DNA from: Microbotryum violaceum
Lineage: Eukaryota
Direction: 5' to 3'
Assembly (NCBI GenBank): GCA_001244265.2
Contig: CDLV01000009.1
Location: forward strand, 1-64,000
DNA: 64,000 bases
In this document: piece after piece, positions 59,684-64,000 of the stretch
Numbering within the stretch: the stretch's first letter is position 1
Layout: each line of letters starts with the position of its first letter
Translations under genes and position numbers: made by a program
Notes under the pieces: model-generated
The model's input: only the letters and a program-made list of their open reading frames with translations
Databases searched by the model: none
What the model was told of the DNA's origin: nothing

Positions 59684-60995
59684 TATTAGAACCTAAAGCC
59701 GAGGCACGAGATACGTTTAGTACGAGAGCCGAGGATGATAGTAAAGACAGTTGGAGAAAGAAGAGAAGCGCAGAGTAGGAGCGCGCGAGGCAAGCAATAG
59801 CCGCGCGAGGCGACTAATATCAACAACTAGTAACTAATCGTGATCGGTAATAGAAGTGGGATGAAACAGCAATATACACTCTGACATGCTATGTCGTTTG
59901 CTGCGCGCGAGGGCATCTGGCTTCGTCGCCTCCTTGCCGAGCTCGGCTTTGCCCAGAGCGAACCGACAAAGCTTCATGGCGACAACCAGTCGGCAATCCA
60001 GCTCGCCAAACACCCAGCCTTCCATGCTCATACTAAGCACATCGGCATCCACTTTCACTTCATCCGAGACCACATTGCCGAGGGTACGATCGAGATGGTC
60101 TGGATTCCCACGAACACGATGGCGGCGGATGTCTTGACCAAAGGACTCGGGTCGCGGAAGCACTGGGATTTTGTACACGCGATGGGTTTGGTAGATGCAT
60201 CGCGTGAAGGGGCGAGTTGGAAGGAGCGACGAGCGGTCGAGGAGGTCTGTGCGGCGTACACGCGAGTGCAAGAGGGCCTGAATAGAATTTGATAGGCCTG
60301 ATCCCGCGCGTGACAAACTGGGTCTTTTCCTCACGTTTGGCTCTGCATCAAATCAGGTGTGTGCTTCGCGTATTCATGCCTCAATGTGTTAAATGATTAA
60401 CTCTGACGTTTGGCTCTGCATCGGATCAGTCCATTGTTCAACTTAAAGGACACTCGACTACGGCACTCTTGATCGCTCATTGTCACCTCAATAAAGCAAT
60501 GCCGCCCTCATCCATGCTTGCAATTGTTGCTGCCGTTGCGCTTGAGTAGGATATGGATGGATGAACGGCGTAAAAAGGCTAGTTGGGAAAACTCTGCCGA
60601 GCCAGACAATGATCCTACTGACCACCTCTCTATCTACGCAACAAAGTACTCGAAACTCACTCAAAAACACTCAAACACAGGGAAGAGTTGTGGAGGGGAC
60701 CCGCGGGGTGGAAGGTTGGGATCGAAGGCTCGACTGGAACGCCGACGGCTTGGCTAGCGAATCGCAGACGGACCGAAAGGGGGCAAGGGAGGGGGCGAGA
60801 CTGCTGAGCGAGAGCGTAGACCGACACTACTCACGTCGATCAGGTGGACTGCGGAGTAGGGAGTGTCCTATCTTGATTCGGCCGGGCAAGCAAAGGTCGT
60901 TGTTCAACCAAGACAGAGTGAGACGAGCGGGACAGCAGGAACTGTTTGGTGTGAGCTGCGGCTTGCTTAGTACCGCAGCTGCGACTGCGCGATAC

Positions 60996-62177
60996 TTACT
61001 CTGGAATGGCGATTGAGCGGAGATGCATCAAACGCACTGGTTGTAATGCCATCTGAGACACTCGACCTTTGGCAATCGTTCATCTGGGCAGCGAAAGTGC
61101 GAGCGATGGATGCGCTTGCCGTGGCACCAGTTCTCCTCTTCACTACTTGGCTGAAAATAGTGGATTATGTACTCCCCGTTCTGCCGCGAGACGAAGGGAC
61201 CCAGAGCCAATCAGTACAGCTCGTAGGGGTGTTCAGCACGGCGTTCAAGGATGAATGTGATGACTGACTCCCAGTGGGTAGAGTGACCATCCATAGCAAG
61301 CGAAGTGTCTGTGCGGCATAATACCCAGCAAGATGCCGCAAGAGGCGTTGTACACGTCAACTACCCCCAAGCGGTCCCAGATCTGCAGAGCGAAATCGTA
61401 TCAGCAAAGTTTTAAGCCAACAAGAAGATGGGTGGGGGAAGAGGGACCCACGTCTTGACGGGTGATGGGAATGATGTGAACAGCACCGATCCAACCTTGG
61501 GTATCTTTATTAGTGATCAAACAAGTGCCATCGCGAGCTAGAAGACTTCTGCGGAAGGAGGTCTGTGACACGCGGGCCACATCATTTCAGCCGAAGCGAT
61601 CTGTGCAAAGTTGCGCGATGTTGTATCAACACATGTCGACAGACGATGAATTGCCTACCCTACCATCACTTGACGACCCGCTCGAGTCGCTGTCTGTATT
61701 GTTCGATCTTGGCGATGGTGGCGTGGGACTTGGAATTTCAAAGCGATTCTTGCCGATGGGGCCATCCGCCAGATTGAACGGTTGACCGTCTCCCGGCCAG
61801 CGCGAAGAACACCTTGTGCGTCAATTAAGTGCATTGAATGGGGAAGATCATAGGTCACCTGGGCCTGTACGAGCTTGTCACTCACCTGTTGACACGAGCG
61901 TGTAGGCTTCTACGGTTGGTGCAACGGGACCTTGCACGTCGACTTGGGCGCCGTGCTCGTCAAAGAGACGTCCCTCGGGCGGCCTGTCAAGACATATTTG
62001 CAGACAGTCGACGAGATAAGCCCATGTCATGGTGCCAGAGTCAGCGAGCCAACTGAGAGGAATACGTAAGATTTGTGTCGGTTTGCCGGGCGCTTGCGCG
62101 ACCTCGGCCATAACAGTGAGTAGGGGGCTATTATCACCGGGCCAGCGCCCGCGGAGTGCGGAGCCGGTGTGCTCCAT
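60996..62177 (-). CDS. Fungal HNH_2-type nuclease-domain protein with N-terminal extension, multi-exon
   Basis: Spliced translation: ILRIPLSWL...TWAYLVDCL; SFRRSLLARDGTCLIT...AVHIIP|...YNASCGILLGIMPHRHF..YGWSLYP|...YIIHYF...HGKRI...LP..ECLRWHYNQCV. A probable 1-nt T-run deletion precedes the last codons. Confidence 0.75.
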
Positions 62178-63206
62178 TCTTGGTCAGCTTCGTGGGGTGT
62201 AGTCAGTCGACAGTCGATGTCAACGGGAGATTACTGATGCACTGAGGAAGGAGCTGCTGACACGAAGAGAGGTATGCGCTCGCGTGCAAGGAGTTCGCCC
62301 GTCAACAGTGACAGAAAAGAGATCAGGTAAGACAACGTGAGACAGTCCGATGAGAGTGTCCGGTCTGTGACATCAGAGCTTGGTGCGTCGTCTGGCTTGC
62401 CGAACGCCACGGTGCATTTCCTCTCAGCTTCAAGCACCGTGCAGTGAGCTGGGTACCGCCTGTTGCTCTGCAGTGTTGCCGACTCGGAGGTGCCAGTATT
62501 TGACCTCAGCTGCCTGCTCGTCGCAAAGCCCTACTGCGTCTGCTGGCCCTTCATGGTACGACCTTTTTCGGGACGGGGTTCGCGACGGCGACGGCGATGG
62601 CAACAGCCTCAGCGTACTCAACAGACTACAGACGACCAGATGGTACTCCGATTGCATCGTGGCGTAGATCGATCATTCGTACCCTCGTTCCGTTCCGATG
62701 CAAGTCGTGCACTTTCGTTGAACCTTCTCTACATCTCTGCCCTGTTCAACTCTGGCAAGCGGCTCCGTCGCAATGACACGATCTCTTGTGCAGATGCTGG
62801 CATCTCCGAGTCGGAGCGGCGGACTTCATTCTCTATGGCTTCCTGTCTGAGACTACTATCAAACAATGCCCTTGCCAAGGCGTGCAACGCCGGCTGGTAT
62901 AATTTCCGCACATTCCCAGGGGGTTGAACGCCTTGGCAAGGTCTTTGTGCAATAGTAGGAAGCCAACGAGGATGGAGTCCACTCGATGCTAGCACCTGCA
63001 CAAGAGGTCGTCTCATTGCGACGCTCGCCCACCAGAGACTAGTAGGGCAGGACGCATCGGAGAAGGTTGAATGATAATGATAATTGGAAAGCGCACGAGC
63101 TACATTGGTTCAGAATCCAACCCGGAGGCAAGTAATTATACTTGTAGTCGTGGACGGGAGTCGGTCCTTCCTTCCTCGAAGAAAGCAGAAGAGACTACGA
63201 GCACTG

Positions 63207-63575
63207 CAGCTTCATCCTTATCCAGCTGATCCATCCTTGTGCAACTCTGATCAGAGGTGAGCAAGGGGAAACCACCTTCCTTTTCGAGGCTACCCACGAC
63301 AAGAATATCGAACGACGTGTTTGAGTTCCGGGCATCCCAGGGTTCAGCGGTACTGGGTCAAGAACGGGACCTCGTATCGTCAGCGCCGAACGTCGTCTTT
63401 CTCCCATCTGAGGTCGTTGACATGAACCGGCCGCCGTTAGAGCCTGACCCAGTCGCCGTACCCTCGGATGCCCGGAACTCAGACATATCGTCCGATATTC
63501 CGGTCGTGGTCAGCCTCGAAAAGGAAGGTAATGTTCCCTTGTTCACCTTTGATGAGCTGGACAAGGCTGAAGCTG
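63207..63575. repeat. Head-to-head inverted duplication (arms about 63207-63367 and 63434-63575)
   Basis: accttccttttcgaggct, tgagttccgggcatcc and actgggtca in the left arm recur as reverse complements in the right arm, with scattered substitutions and one ~21-nt indel. Confidence 0.85.
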
Positions 63576-64000
63576 GTTTGGAACGTTGTCTTTCCCGAAC
63601 GCAAACAGTCCACGACAAATATGCTCTTTAGTGAATACACCGTACCGACTCTAGATAGTCTGTTCGGCGATCCATTCACTGTGACTTACGTTGACTCGCA
63701 TCTCAGAATGCCACTGCGGAGACCACCTCACTGGATTCCACACGATCGCGCGATTCAGCACTCGTTGTCTACTTTTAGGGGCTCGGGCTCGCGATTTTCG
63801 GTCCTTATACGGGCTGAGATTGAGCAAAGCACACCTAGACAGCGATTATACCAGTTAGAATAAGTCATCAGAGGTTTTAACGTTCGCGCGCGTCTGCTGT
63901 AGCACCGATATAAGATGCTTCTCGCACAATGCCCACCCCTCAGCACCCGCTCCTGCACAGATTGGCCGGCCGCGGGTTACCTCTGTTGTACCGCACGCAT

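Noticed and set aside
62231..63200. Short minus-strand ORFs upstream of the HNH gene
   Set aside because: Possibly a decayed gene, but there is no recognisable domain or consistent frame.

Overview
Intron-rich, GC-rich fungal DNA. Gene content and intron style suggest a basidiomycete, probably Microbotryomycetes/Microbotryum-like (inference). From left to right: (i) a repeat-rich end with a tandemly duplicated unit, followed by a canonical-looking type I hammerhead ribozyme at about 3231-3299 inside a highly self-complementary ~340-nt segment; (ii) MTR10; (iii) two small foldback elements and a six-copy head-to-tail orphan gene family (8.6-17.3 kb); (iv) a housekeeping block (ULP1, MOH1/Yippee, MRT4, LIA1, PRE3, RPN12, a metallo-beta-lactamase, a large Ser/Pro-rich protein and an O-fucosyltransferase-like gene), interrupted by an atypical kinase remnant and an inverted gene duplication; (v) a 15.3-kb nest of seven retroelement insertions, four levels deep (45159-60443). 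The nest holds a Copia with AG...CT termini, a second Copia, two solo LTRs, two gag-only LTR elements whose primer-binding position is an oligo(T) tract, and an L1/Tx1-like LINE; all but the LINE have readable target-site duplications; (vi) an HNH_2-type nuclease gene and another inverted duplication. Several conserved genes show 1-nt deletions in homopolymer runs, so some apparent frameshifts are probably assembly errors. Exon boundaries and alignments were read by eye; no searches were run.
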